NCBI GenBank assembly: GCA_050949565.1
Contig: JBMNFY010000006.1
Span: 128,001 to 192,000, forward strand
DNA length: 64,000 bases
Origin: Kiritimatiellia bacterium
GTDB lineage: Bacteria > Verrucomicrobiota > Kiritimatiellia > RFP12 > UBA1067
Direction of reading: 5' to 3'
Shown: positions 1 to 9,700 of the stretch, piece by piece
Layout of the letters: each line of letters begins with the position of its first letter
Numbering within the stretch: the first letter of the stretch is position 1
Notes under the pieces: generated by a model
Seen by the model: the letters and a program-made list of their open reading frames with translations, nothing else
Databases searched by the model: none
Told to the model about the DNA's origin: nothing
Translations under genes and position numbers: made by a program

Positions 1-422
1 TCGAGGTGGAAATCCGGGACGAGGATCTGCGGATCGACACCTACCGGTCGGGCGGCGCGGGCGGCCAGCATGTGAACAAGACCGACTCGGCGGTGCGGTT
101 GACCCACTTGGAGACCGGCATCGTGGTGGCCGTGCAATCGGAACGTTCGCAACACAAGAACAAGTCCAGGGCCATGAGCATGCTGAAGGCCAAGTTGTAC
201 GAGTATTACGAGGACAAGAAGCGCAAGGAGATGGAGCGCTTTTACGGTGAAAAGGGCGAGATCGCGTGGGGTAGCCAGATCCGCTCCTATGTCTTTCAGC
301 CGTACACGATGGTGAAGGATCACCGCACGGATGAACAGACGTCAAACGTGCAGGCGGTGATGGACGGGCAGATCCAGCCATTCATTGAGGCGTATCTTAG
401 GCAGAATGCCCAAAAGGCGTAA
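1..422 (+). CDS. prfB: Peptide chain release factor 2, C-terminal part (5' end outside window)
   Basis: [18 protein letters not shown] (GGQ motif), SERSQHKNK and the RF2-type [23 protein letters not shown]. Confidence 0.95.
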   Translation, partial: EVEIRDEDLRIDTYRSGGAGGQHVNKTDSAVRLTHLETGIVVAVQSERSQHKNKSRAMSMLKAKLYEYYEDKKRKEMERFYGEKGEIAWGSQIRSYVFQPYTMVKDHRTDEQTSNVQAVMDGQIQPFIEAYLRQNAQKA

Positions 423-450
423 TCACGACATGAGGAAAGGTGGCGTGCAA

Positions 451-1761
451 ATGACGATTGAGCAGGCAAAGAAGGTGTTGGCGAAGGCGGACCAGACGCA
501 TGTGTTGCGTTTTTGGGATACGCTCAACGCCGCGGAGCGCGATGCGCTGCTGGCACAGATCAACGAGATCGATTTCAATGAAGTCGCCCGCATGCAGCGC
601 ATGCTGACCGACAAAAGCACTGCGGCTGCCGTGACCCCGCGTCCGGCACCGGTCACGAAGTGGACCCGCCGCAAGTACGATGAAGCGTTTGCTGTCGGCG
701 AGGAGCAGTTGCGTAGGGGGCGTGTGGCGGTTCTGCTGGTGGCGGGCGGCCAGGGGTCGCGGCTGGGGTACGATGGGCCGAAGGGCGCGTACGGGATCGG
801 TCCGGTCTCGGACATGCCGCTTTTCTACTTCCACGCGCGCAAGATCGTCAGGCTCATTCACCTGTACGGCAAACCCGTGCCGTTCTACATCATGACGAGC
901 GACGTGAACGATGCCGCGACGCGCGCTTGTTTTGAGGATTACGACTACTTCGGGCTGAATCCGGAGGACGTGATTTTCTTCAAGCAGGGGGTGTGGCCTG
1001 CATTGGATGCCGAAGGGCGCTTGATACTCGAAGCGCCGGGGCGGATATTTGTCAGTCCGGACGGCCATGGCGGCACGTTGACCGCGCTCGCCAAAAATGG
1101 CTGTTTGGATGATATGACCGCGCGGGGCATCCGCAGCGTCTTCTATTTCCAGGTGGACAACCCGCTGGTGGATATCGCCGATCCTGCTTTCATTGGTCTT
1201 CACATGTTGCAGAGCGCCGAGTTGTCGTTGAAGCTCTGTCTCAAGAGTTCGCCGACGGAGAAGATGGGCCAGGTCACGTTGCTCGACAACGGACGCATCG
1301 GCATGATCGAGTATTCTGAGTTGACGCCGAAGCAGGCTGCGCGCTTCAAGTATGGCAGCCCGGCGATCCATGTTTTCTCGCTGGCGTTTCTGAAACGCAT
1401 GGCGCGCAAAGACATGCCGCTGCATCTGGCGCACAAGAAAATTCCCTGCGTGAATGATGCGGGACGTCCGGTCACGCCGAAGGAGCCGAACGGCTACAAG
1501 TTTGAGAAGTTCATTTTCGATGTGCTGCCCGATGCGCGCAAGGTGGTCTGTCTGGCGTTCGACCGGGATGACGAGTTCTCGCCGGTCAAGAACGCGACCG
1601 GTGATGATTCGCCGGCGACGTGCCGCATGGCGTTGCAGGCGAAGTGGCGGCGTTGGCTCGCGGAAGCGGGCGTGACGGTGCCGGAGTCGATCCCAGTCGA
1701 GATTGATCCGGCCATCGCCAACGGTGCGGACGAATTGAAGCAGGGCCTGATTTTTGGATAG
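451..1761 (+). CDS. UDP-N-acetylhexosamine pyrophosphorylase (eukaryote-like UAP1/UDPGP family)
   Basis: LLVAGGQGSRLGYDGPKG, SPDGHGG, QVDNPL, KFEKFIFDV, FSPVKN motifs; ATG 451 after purine-rich AGGAAAGG. Confidence 0.9.
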   Translation: MTIEQAKKVLAKADQTHVLRFWDTLNAAERDALLAQINEIDFNEVARMQRMLTDKSTAAAVTPRPAPVTKWTRRKYDEAFAVGEEQLRRGRVAVLLVAGGQGSRLGYDGPKGAYGIGPVSDMPLFYFHARKIVRLIHLYGKPVPFYIMTSDVNDAATRACFEDYDYFGLNPEDVIFFKQGVWPALDAEGRLILEAPGRIFVSPDGHGGTLTALAKNGCLDDMTARGIRSVFYFQVDNPLVDIADPAFIGLHMLQSAELSLKLCLKSSPTEKMGQVTLLDNGRIGMIEYSELTPKQAARFKYGSPAIHVFSLAFLKRMARKDMPLHLAHKKIPCVNDAGRPVTPKEPNGYKFEKFIFDVLPDARKVVCLAFDRDDEFSPVKNATGDDSPATCRMALQAKWRRWLAEAGVTVPESIPVEIDPAIANGADELKQGLIFG

Positions 1762-1775
1762 GAAGAAAGGGGTTT

Positions 1776-3344
1776 ATGAGACCAGTTGTTTTGATTATTC
1801 GTGATGGATGGGGGATCAACCCCCGTGAAGAAGGAAATGCTGTTTTTGCCGCGCAGACGCCGGTCATCGACCGCCTGAAGGCGCGCTATCCGTGGACGCG
1901 CCTGGCGTGCAGCGGCGAGGCGGTGGGCCTGCCCGACGGTTATCAGGGCTCCAGCGAGGTTGGCCACCTTAACATGGGCGCGGGGCGCGTGGTGATCCAG
2001 GAGTTGAAGCGCATTGATGACGGCCTGAGCACCGGCGAGTTGTTCACCTCGCCGAAGTGGGAAGGGCTGATTGCAAATTGGAAGCAGAACAACAGCACGT
2101 TGCACTTCATGGGGCTGTTGCAGGATGAGGGCGTGCATGCGCATCAGGAGCATCTGTTCAAGCTGATGCGGCGCGCGCGCAGTGAGTTCCCCGAGGGACG
2201 CATCGTGATCCATCCGTTCCTGGATGGCCGCGATACGCCGCCACGCAGTACGCTGGAGTATATCGCGCGCTTGCAGCAGGAGATGGACGCGGTCGGCAAT
2301 TGCGTCATTGGCACGGTTCAGGGGCGGTACTACGCCATGGATCGCTCCAAGAATTACGGGCTCACCGACATCGCCTATGCGTGTCTCGTCGGAGCGGAAG
2401 GCCGCGCGGCGGCGAGTGCTGTCGAGGCGGTGCAGGAGTCGTACGACAAAGATCAGACGCCGGACAAGACGCCGATGGTGGATGAGTACATCCCGCCGTA
2501 CGTCATCGCCGGGTATGCGGGCATGAAGGACGGCGATTCGGTGATGCACGTCAACTACCGTCAGGATCGCGCGATCCAGTTGACGCAGGCGTTTGTCTGC
2601 GATGATTACCAAGGTACACGCAAGGTGCGGCCGCGCCTCACATACTTGGGGTTCACCCGCTATTGGGACGCGTTCAAAGATTATCTGTTGGGCGCCATGG
2701 GCGGGGACGGCGGGATGGACAACCTGCTGGGCGAGGTGATCTCGAAGGCGGGCTTGCGTCAGCTCCGGATCGCGGAGACGCAGAAGTTCCGCCACGTGAC
2801 CAGTTTCTTCAACGGCAAATCCGTCCTGCCGTACGAGGGCGAAGAGCAGGTGGACGTGCCGAGCCGTTTCGATCCGGCGACCTTTGCGAGTCATCCTGAA
2901 ATGGACGCCTACAACGTGACCGAGGAGCTGTTGCGCCGCTTGCAGGACAATCCCTATGCGTTTGTCGCCGTGAACTATGCCAACTGTGACATGGTCGGGC
3001 ATACGGGCGATCCCGATGCGGCGCGACGGGCGGTCGAGGTGGTGGACGAGTGTATCGGCAAGTTGCTGCCGCGTCTGTTTGAATTGGACGCGCACATTCT
3101 GATCACGGCGGACCACGGCAATGCGGAGCAGATGAAAGATTACGCGACCGGCATGGTGAAGACCAGCCACACGCTCAATGACGTCGAGTGCCTCTACGTT
3201 GCGAAGGATGCGCCCGGCGTGACGCTTGTCCCGTCCGGCAAGCTGTGTGACATCGCGCCGACCGTGCTGACATTGTTGGGGTTGGATGTTCCTTGTGAGA
3301 TGACGGCACGTTCGCTCATTGCGGAACGGCCAGATTTGCCATGA
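1776..3344 (+). CDS. gpmI: 2,3-bisphosphoglycerate-independent phosphoglycerate mutase
   Basis: LIIRDGWG, GSSEVGH (catalytic Ser), DGRDTPP, GRYYAMDR, DMVGHTG, TADHGNAE. Confidence 0.96.
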   Translation: MRPVVLIIRDGWGINPREEGNAVFAAQTPVIDRLKARYPWTRLACSGEAVGLPDGYQGSSEVGHLNMGAGRVVIQELKRIDDGLSTGELFTSPKWEGLIANWKQNNSTLHFMGLLQDEGVHAHQEHLFKLMRRARSEFPEGRIVIHPFLDGRDTPPRSTLEYIARLQQEMDAVGNCVIGTVQGRYYAMDRSKNYGLTDIAYACLVGAEGRAAASAVEAVQESYDKDQTPDKTPMVDEYIPPYVIAGYAGMKDGDSVMHVNYRQDRAIQLTQAFVCDDYQGTRKVRPRLTYLGFTRYWDAFKDYLLGAMGGDGGMDNLLGEVISKAGLRQLRIAETQKFRHVTSFFNGKSVLPYEGEEQVDVPSRFDPATFASHPEMDAYNVTEELLRRLQDNPYAFVAVNYANCDMVGHTGDPDAARRAVEVVDECIGKLLPRLFELDAHILITADHGNAEQMKDYATGMVKTSHTLNDVECLYVAKDAPGVTLVPSGKLCDIAPTVLTLLGLDVPCEMTARSLIAERPDLP

Positions 3345-3895
3345 TTGACATGATTGGGATGCTGTACGCGGCGTGGCGGCAAAATTTGGAGTGCGGTGAC
3401 AAGAGCCGCGCTGTGCGCGGGTCGCGGCACCGCTTTCTCTCCGCGCCGTACGCGGAGACACACTTAGTCTCAACACCCAGTCGATTGCCCCAGCGACGAA
3501 GTGTAGGGACGAAGCGTAACCGACGAAGTGTTTCGACGAAGCGTGCCTTGCGCTTTCTGGTTTTATCCACAGATTTACGCAGATTTTTCTTTTTTGTCTT
3601 TGACCGCAGGATGGGAGGGACGAGCGTCTGCTCGTCCGCGGGTAAGCAGACGCTTGCCCCTCCCGGCGCTCCGCGCGCCTGGATGCCGTACACGTTCACA
3701 GCGCAGCGGTTCGCGTGCATGGGCAGTTCCGCCCATGAAACACGGGCAAGATGCCCGTGCCACACCTCTGCGCCTCTGCGTCTCTGCGTTAAAAAAACGC
3801 TCAACTTTTTGCGGGCGGGGACGCCCGCGCTCCCGACTGCGTACACACAAAACACGCACTCGACTCGCATGCTCCCTGTCGCTAACCGATTGTTT
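3345..3895. repeat. Composite intergenic mosaic of REP-like palindromic modules
   Basis: Modules that recur elsewhere in the window: GGAGTGCGG...CACCGCTTT (3388-3436), GGGAGGGACGAGCGTCTGCTCGTCCG (3613-3638), CACGGGCAAGATGCCCGTGCCACAC (3741-3765), CTCTGCG 9-mer repeat (3766-3790), GCGGGCGGGGACGCCCGC (3811-3828). Confidence 0.85.
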
Positions 3896-3929
3896 GTGAA
3901 CCGCCTAACAAGAGAAGGGGGAAATTGTT

Positions 3930-5147
3930 GTGGTTAGACGGAGAATGTTCGCTATGTGGCTGGCCTGTTTCGGGCTTGCCTCGATGTCGGCATGGGGGGT
4001 GATCCAGTTTGACAACCGGTATTACAGCCCACGTAATCGCGAGAGGCCGATACGCAAGTCGACGTCGCTGATCATTCTGCATACCACGGAGGCACCCTCG
4101 CGTAGCGCGTTGCGAAAATTGAGCGACCTTGGCGAATGCCACTACTGTATCGATGAGGGGGGTCGCGTTTACCGCATCATCGACCATCGGCGCGAGGCCT
4201 ACCACGCGGGGCGCAGCATGTGGAACGGCCGTCCCAACGTGGACGGGTTTTCAGTCGGTATCGAAGTGTGCGGTTATCACAACAAGCCGCTCAACGCCGC
4301 GCAATACCGTGCGCTGGCGGACTTGATCGGCGAGGTAAAGCACATTTACAAGATCCCGGACCACAACGTAATTACGCACGCACATGTCGCGTATGGCGCG
4401 CCGAACAAGTGGCACAAGCGCAGTCACCGGGGACGCAAACGTTGCGGTATGATGTTCGCGTTGCCGTCCGTGCGCAACCGGTTGAACCTAAAATCGCGGC
4501 CGGCCTCTGATCCGGATGTCAAAGCGCGTAGGCTGGTCGTCGGTGATACCTATCTGTCGCAGGTTCTGTACGGCAAAGGGCCTGCGGCTTTGGCGGCAAG
4601 GCCTGTCGCAATCGCTAAAGAGGAGGGCAACGTGATCGTCAAAGGCCGCAGTGCGTGGGACATCGCCCGCGATGCGTACAATGACAAGACGACGCTCTAC
4701 ACCTTCCCGAACGGCACCAAAAAATTCGGCAATCAGATCGCCGACTTCAAACAACTGCCGGTCGGCACGCGGATCACGGTGCGCGCCGATGTTCAGGAAA
4801 ACCGGACCGAGACCTATCAGGTGGTGGGTGTCAATGGTAAGGCACAGGACATCGCGGGGGACGAGGCCCGACGCCCTACAACGATCTATGTCCGTCCGGA
4901 TGGCAAGTATGTGCGCGGCAGCCAACTCAGTCTTGAAGAGATCAAAAAACTGCCCTACGGCACCAAGGTGTTGGTGGGGTATTCGGTGGGGGGGCCGGTT
5001 ACGGCGAAACGTTTGGCGACCGCGATTTGCGGTAACCGGTGGCGTTCACCGGATACGTTTTTCCTGATTGAAGGCGTGCTGGTACCGGGCAACAAGGTGG
5101 ACGACGCCAAGATCCCGTCCGGCACGATGATTTTCTTTAAGAGCTGA
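3930..5147 (+). CDS. Secreted N-acetylmuramoyl-L-alanine amidase (Amidase_2) with C-terminal repeats
   Basis: Signal peptide; ILHTT, AYHAG, SVGIEV, HAHVA...RKRCG Zn-ligand pattern. Start could be GTG 3930 or ATG 3945. Confidence 0.85.
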   Translation: MVRRRMFAMWLACFGLASMSAWGVIQFDNRYYSPRNRERPIRKSTSLIILHTTEAPSRSALRKLSDLGECHYCIDEGGRVYRIIDHRREAYHAGRSMWNGRPNVDGFSVGIEVCGYHNKPLNAAQYRALADLIGEVKHIYKIPDHNVITHAHVAYGAPNKWHKRSHRGRKRCGMMFALPSVRNRLNLKSRPASDPDVKARRLVVGDTYLSQVLYGKGPAALAARPVAIAKEEGNVIVKGRSAWDIARDAYNDKTTLYTFPNGTKKFGNQIADFKQLPVGTRITVRADVQENRTETYQVVGVNGKAQDIAGDEARRPTTIYVRPDGKYVRGSQLSLEEIKKLPYGTKVLVGYSVGGPVTAKRLATAICGNRWRSPDTFFLIEGVLVPGNKVDDAKIPSGTMIFFKS

Positions 5148-5154
5148 GCGGGAA

Positions 5155-5362
5155 GTTCATTAGTTAATTAGTGCATGAGTGCATGAGTTGGTACGGCAGG
5201 CTAACTCCTTGCCTATAACTTGAGCGTTAAAAGTTGAACGTTGTGAGTTAAAAGTTTTTTAACTCTGAACGCTGAACGTCGAACTCTGAACTCTGAAGGT
5301 GAAAACTCCTAACTCCTAAATCCTAAATCCTAAATAAACTCTTACCTCTTACCTCTTACCTA
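5155..5362. repeat. Cluster of 7-8 nt short tandem repeats between convergent genes
   Basis: (TAGTGCAT/GAGTGCAT)n, (CTCTGAA)n, (CTCCTAA/ATCCTAA)n, (CTTACCT)x3. Confidence 0.8.
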
Positions 5363-5920
5363 TTACTTCTCACCTCCTCGCTGTCGCTCCGCGAGCGTCC
5401 GCATGACAGCGTCGTAAATAATCTGCGGTGCCGCCATGCGTCCTTTGCCGGAGGTGCCGCAGGCGAGGTCGCCGGTGTCGGCGTCGACGAATGTCGCGCC
5501 GCGTGATTCGAGAAGGCGCATGTTCGCCTGCGTGGCAGGGTGATCCCACATGCCGGTGTTCATGGCCGGCGCAATCACGAGCGGCGCCCGCGTCGCCAGC
5601 GCGGTCGAGGTCAGAAGGTCATCTGCCAGCCCGTGCGCCAGTTTGGCGATCACATTGGCCGTGCACGGTGCGACAACCAGCACTTCCGCGCGTTCTGCCA
5701 GCGAGATGTGTCCGGGCACCCACTCTTCGGGCGCGTCGAACAAGCCGGTCGGCACTGGGTTGCGCGAGAGCGTGCGGAAGGTCAGCGGCGATACAAACTG
5801 TGTGGCCGCATCGGTCATGAGCACATGCACGGTGTGCCCGCCCTTGACGAATAGACGCGTCAACTCACACGCTTTGTAAGCGGCGATCGATCCCGTGACA
5901 CCCAGTAGGATAGTAGACAT
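5363..5920 (-). CDS. coaC: Phosphopantothenoylcysteine decarboxylase (stand-alone CoaC flavoprotein)
   Basis: ILLGVTGSIAAYKA, HISLA, APCTANVIAKLAHGLADDLL, PAMN, LACG..GKGRM. Confidence 0.9.
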   Translation of the reverse strand: MSTILLGVTGSIAAYKACELTRLFVKGGHTVHVLMTDAATQFVSPLTFRTLSRNPVPTGLFDAPEEWVPGHISLAERAEVLVVAPCTANVIAKLAHGLADDLLTSTALATRAPLVIAPAMNTGMWDHPATQANMRLLESRGATFVDADTGDLACGTSGKGRMAAPQIIYDAVMRTLAERQRGGEK

Positions 5921-6099
5921 GTTGTGTGGCCTCCGTTAGCGCCTTACGGCTCGACAAGCATAATGAAAAACAAGTAGTTTCCTCACACGAAGTCACGAAG
6001 GTCACGAAGGGTAATGGAATGGGTTGCCATGAAAAAACCTTTGTGTCCTTTGTGCCTTTATGTGAGATTGAATTGGGTTGCGGGCTTCGCCCGCATGGG

Positions 6100-6693
6100 T
6101 CAGATCAGTTCGGCTTTGGTGTTGATGATGTCGCACAGACGGCGAAACGTGGTGTCCAGATCGTCGTTGGTGACGTGGAACATGTATTCGCTGGCGCGTG
6201 CCATCTCTTTTTGCGCATTGCGGATGCGCTTGTCAATCACCTCGTTGGAGTCGGTCGCGCGGCCTTCCAAGCGCGCCTTCAGTTCCGCCATTGAGGGCGG
6301 CGAGATGAAGATGTCGACGAAGCCCTGTTTCAGCGGGTCATCGTCCGGAAGACTGCGCACGGTGTCGCGAATTTGTGCGGCGCCTTCGACGTCGATATCG
6401 AGCAACATGCACTGTCCCTCGCGCAGCACGTCATAAACGGGCTGCTTGAGCGTGCCGTAATAGTTGTCGTGCACCAAGGCGTGCTCAAGGAATGCGCCTT
6501 CGTCGATCATGCGCTTAAAGCTTTCCTCCGGCAGGAAGTAGTAATCCTCGCCGTCCTCTTCATTCATGCGCGGCTCGCGCGTCGTGCAGGAGACGGAGTA
6601 GCAGAGTTCGGGATAGTGCTGCAACAACAGATCACACAGTGTGGTTTTTCCGGCGCCCGACGGGGCGGAAAGTATGATGAATAACGGCTTCAT
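6100..6693 (-). CDS. gmk: Guanylate kinase
   Basis: SAPSGAGKTT P-loop, SVSCTTREPR, NYYGT, LDIDVEGA. Confidence 0.96.
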   Translation of the reverse strand: MKPLFIILSAPSGAGKTTLCDLLLQHYPELCYSVSCTTREPRMNEEDGEDYYFLPEESFKRMIDEGAFLEHALVHDNYYGTLKQPVYDVLREGQCMLLDIDVEGAAQIRDTVRSLPDDDPLKQGFVDIFISPPSMAELKARLEGRATDSNEVIDKRIRNAQKEMARASEYMFHVTNDDLDTTFRRLCDIINTKAELI

Positions 6694-6719
6694 GTCACTC
6701 GTTTCCCATTTACATGCGA

Positions 6720-9700
6720 TCAGTGCGACGAGGGAACGGCGTCGACCGCATTTTCAAATTCTGACTGTAACTCTGACGGCAACAACCGAGCGTGCTTTTT
6801 ATGGACATCCCGGCTGAAAAGGCTGTAAAGAACCGGAACCAAGATCAGTGTCACAATCGTTGAGAACGAGAGTCCACCGATCACGGTCACGCCCATGGGC
6901 TTCCAGGTCTCTGAACCTTCTCCACCTGCCAGTGCGAGAGGCATCATACCAAAAACTGTCGTGAGTGTGGTAATTAAGACCGGGCGCAAGCGTTGGCGTC
7001 CGCTTTGCCGGATGGCGTCGGTCATGTTTTCGCCGCGCGCGCGCAGCGTGTTGATGTAGTCGACCAGCACAATGCCGTTGTTGACGCCGGTGCCGACCAG
7101 CAGGATGATGCCGATGAAACTGAACATGTTGAAGGTCATGTCGAAGGCATAGAGGCCGAGCAAAACCCCGGAAAAGGCAAAGGGTAACGCGAGAAAGATC
7201 ACGAACGGATCGATGAGCGATTCGAACTGGGCGGCCATGACCATGTAGACGAGCACGAGGCCCAGGATGGTCAGCCCGATCAGGTCGGCGAACGCTTCGG
7301 CCTGCTCTTTGACCATACCGCCGTAGGTGATGTGTGTAGCTTCGGGCAGGACGATCTCCCTGGCAATACCTTCTTTGATACTGGCTACCACGTCGCCGAT
7401 CGACCGCCCGAAGTAGTCGACCTCCACTTTCACCATGCGTTCCTGATCTTTGCGCTCGATATCAAGCGGCCCCAGATCCTGGACCACCTCGGCGATGGAG
7501 TCAATGCGGACACGTCTACCGTTGGGCAGAACCACTTCCGAGTCCAGAATGTCTGCGAGTTGACTGCGGCGCGACTCCTTCAGACGCATGAAGATCCAGT
7601 ACTCGTTTTCGCCTTCGCGGAAGTCAGAGGCCTCTTTACCGTAAAAGAGGGTGCGGACCGTTTCAACTACGTCTGAAACATTCAACCCGAGCGTCGCGAT
7701 TTTGAGGCGATCCACCTGAACCAGCAGTTCCGGCTTGCCGTCGTCCATGCTGACGCTGGCGTCGCGGGCACCCGGCGTACGGTCGCACAGTCCTTTGATC
7801 TCCTCGGCGACGCGGCGCGTCTGCTCAAGGTCATGCCCCAAGATTTCAATTACGATCGGCTGGCCGCCCCCGCTGAAACGCCCCATCTGGCGATTGACGG
7901 TGCTCATGCTGGTCTTCACGAATTCCGGCTTGCTGCGTAGCGTGTCGAGCAAGCGCCGCCCGGCCTCACGCGCGGTGAAATCGCGTTGATCCATGGGAGT
8001 CAACTTGAACTCGACACGCCCGATGTGTGAGCCTTGGCGGCGCGAACCGAATTTTGAGTCGCCGCACCGCCAGCGCGTATTGATAATGTGTTCTTCGCCG
8101 ATCAGGCGGATGCCGAGTTGGCGTGTTGCTTCGCAGATGCGGGCGGTCTCCTCGACGCGCGTGCCGAGCCCGAGTTCGAAATTGACTGTCAGATCGCCCG
8201 AGTCGGTGTCAGGCGTAAATTCGGAGCCGATGAGCGGAAAGAGCGCCAGCGAGAAGCAAAATATGGCGAAGGCCCCCACGCAGACCAGACCGCGCCAGCG
8301 CAGAGCCCAGCCCAGCAGGCGGGAGTAGGCCTCTTCGATCCGTGTGAGCATCGCTTCGCTTGTCCGGTAGAGCGCGCGCCCGATAAAACCACCGCCGATC
8401 GCGTCGCGGTCTTCCTTCAGCAAATAAGCGGCGAGCATCGGGGTGAGCATCAACGAACAAAAGAGACTTGCCATCAGTGTCACGGTGATGATGCCGCCGA
8501 GCTGGCCGAAGAAGATTCCGGCCATGCCGGTGACAAAGATCAGCGGCACAAAGACCGCCACGGTGGTCAAGGTGCTGGCTGAAATCGCGAGCCCGACTTC
8601 ACTGGTCGCGTACAGGGCGGCTTCACGCAACTTGACACCACGACGCGTGTAGCTGTCAATGTTTTCAAGGACAACCACCGCGTTATCCACAACCATGCCG
8701 ATTGCCACGGAGAGCGAGGAGAGCGAAATGATGTTGATCGTCCAGCCCCGGACGAACATAAAGAAAAACGCGATGATCAGCGAAAAGGGAATCGTCAACA
8801 CGATGACCAGTGAGGCGCGGATTGTCCTCAAAAAGACGAATGTCGTGAGCGTCACGAAAAGGCCACCCCACATCAGCGTCTCGGTCACATTGCGTAGCGA
8901 CTGGCGGATGAAGTCGCTGGAGTTCATCAGGTTCACGATACGGATGTCTTGCGGCATGAATGCCATATATTCCTCAACCGCCTTCAGCACGGAATCGCAG
9001 ACCGCTAAGGTATTGGCGCCGGAGCGTTTTTGTATCACGAAGATCACGCTTTGTTTGCCGTTCGCGCCGGAAAGCCGCGTCTGTTCCTCGAAGCCGTCGT
9101 ACACGTCAGCGACATCCCGCAAATAGATGGCACCGCCGGCCTCATTACGCTTCACGACGATGTCCTTGGCCTCTTCAGGATCTTCGAACTCCCCAGGCAC
9201 GCGCACTGTATACTCGATGAGGCCGTTTTTAATGCTGCCTGCGGGCAGGGTGAGGTTCTCGCGGGCGATGGCCTTTTCAATCTCGTTGAGCGTCAGGCCG
9301 TAGCCGGCCAGTTTCATCGGGTCGATGTCGATGTTGATCTGGCGGTGAAGACCGCCGTACACGTTGACGGCACCCACGCCCGGCAGACGCTTCAGGGCGT
9401 CGCCCAAGTCATCTTCGATGATGTCGTAAAGCTTCTCCCACGACTCTTTTGCGGTGGCCGCAAAGCTCAAGACGGGCATCGCGGAACTGTTGAATTTGTA
9501 GATGATCGGCTCTTCGATGTCATCAGGCAGATACCGGCGCGACACGCTGACCCGGTCGCGGATATCATTCGCGGCTTCCTCAAGGTCGGTGCCCCAGTCG
9601 AACATGCAGGTGATGGCGGAGACGCCTTCGCGCGTGCGGCTCGTCACCTCGTCGAGGTTGTTGACGATGCTGAGTTGGTTCTCGATAACGCGCGTGACGC

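Noticed and set aside
1-422. prfB programmed +1 frameshift site
   Set aside because: It would lie near the gene's 5' end, outside this window.
1494-3476. 660-aa minus-strand ORF
   Set aside because: Antisense shadow of gpmI, expected from high-GC codon bias.
8670-8700. RND TM4 motif reads VDN rather than VDD
   Set aside because: A common variant in this RND subgroup; not evidence of inactivation.
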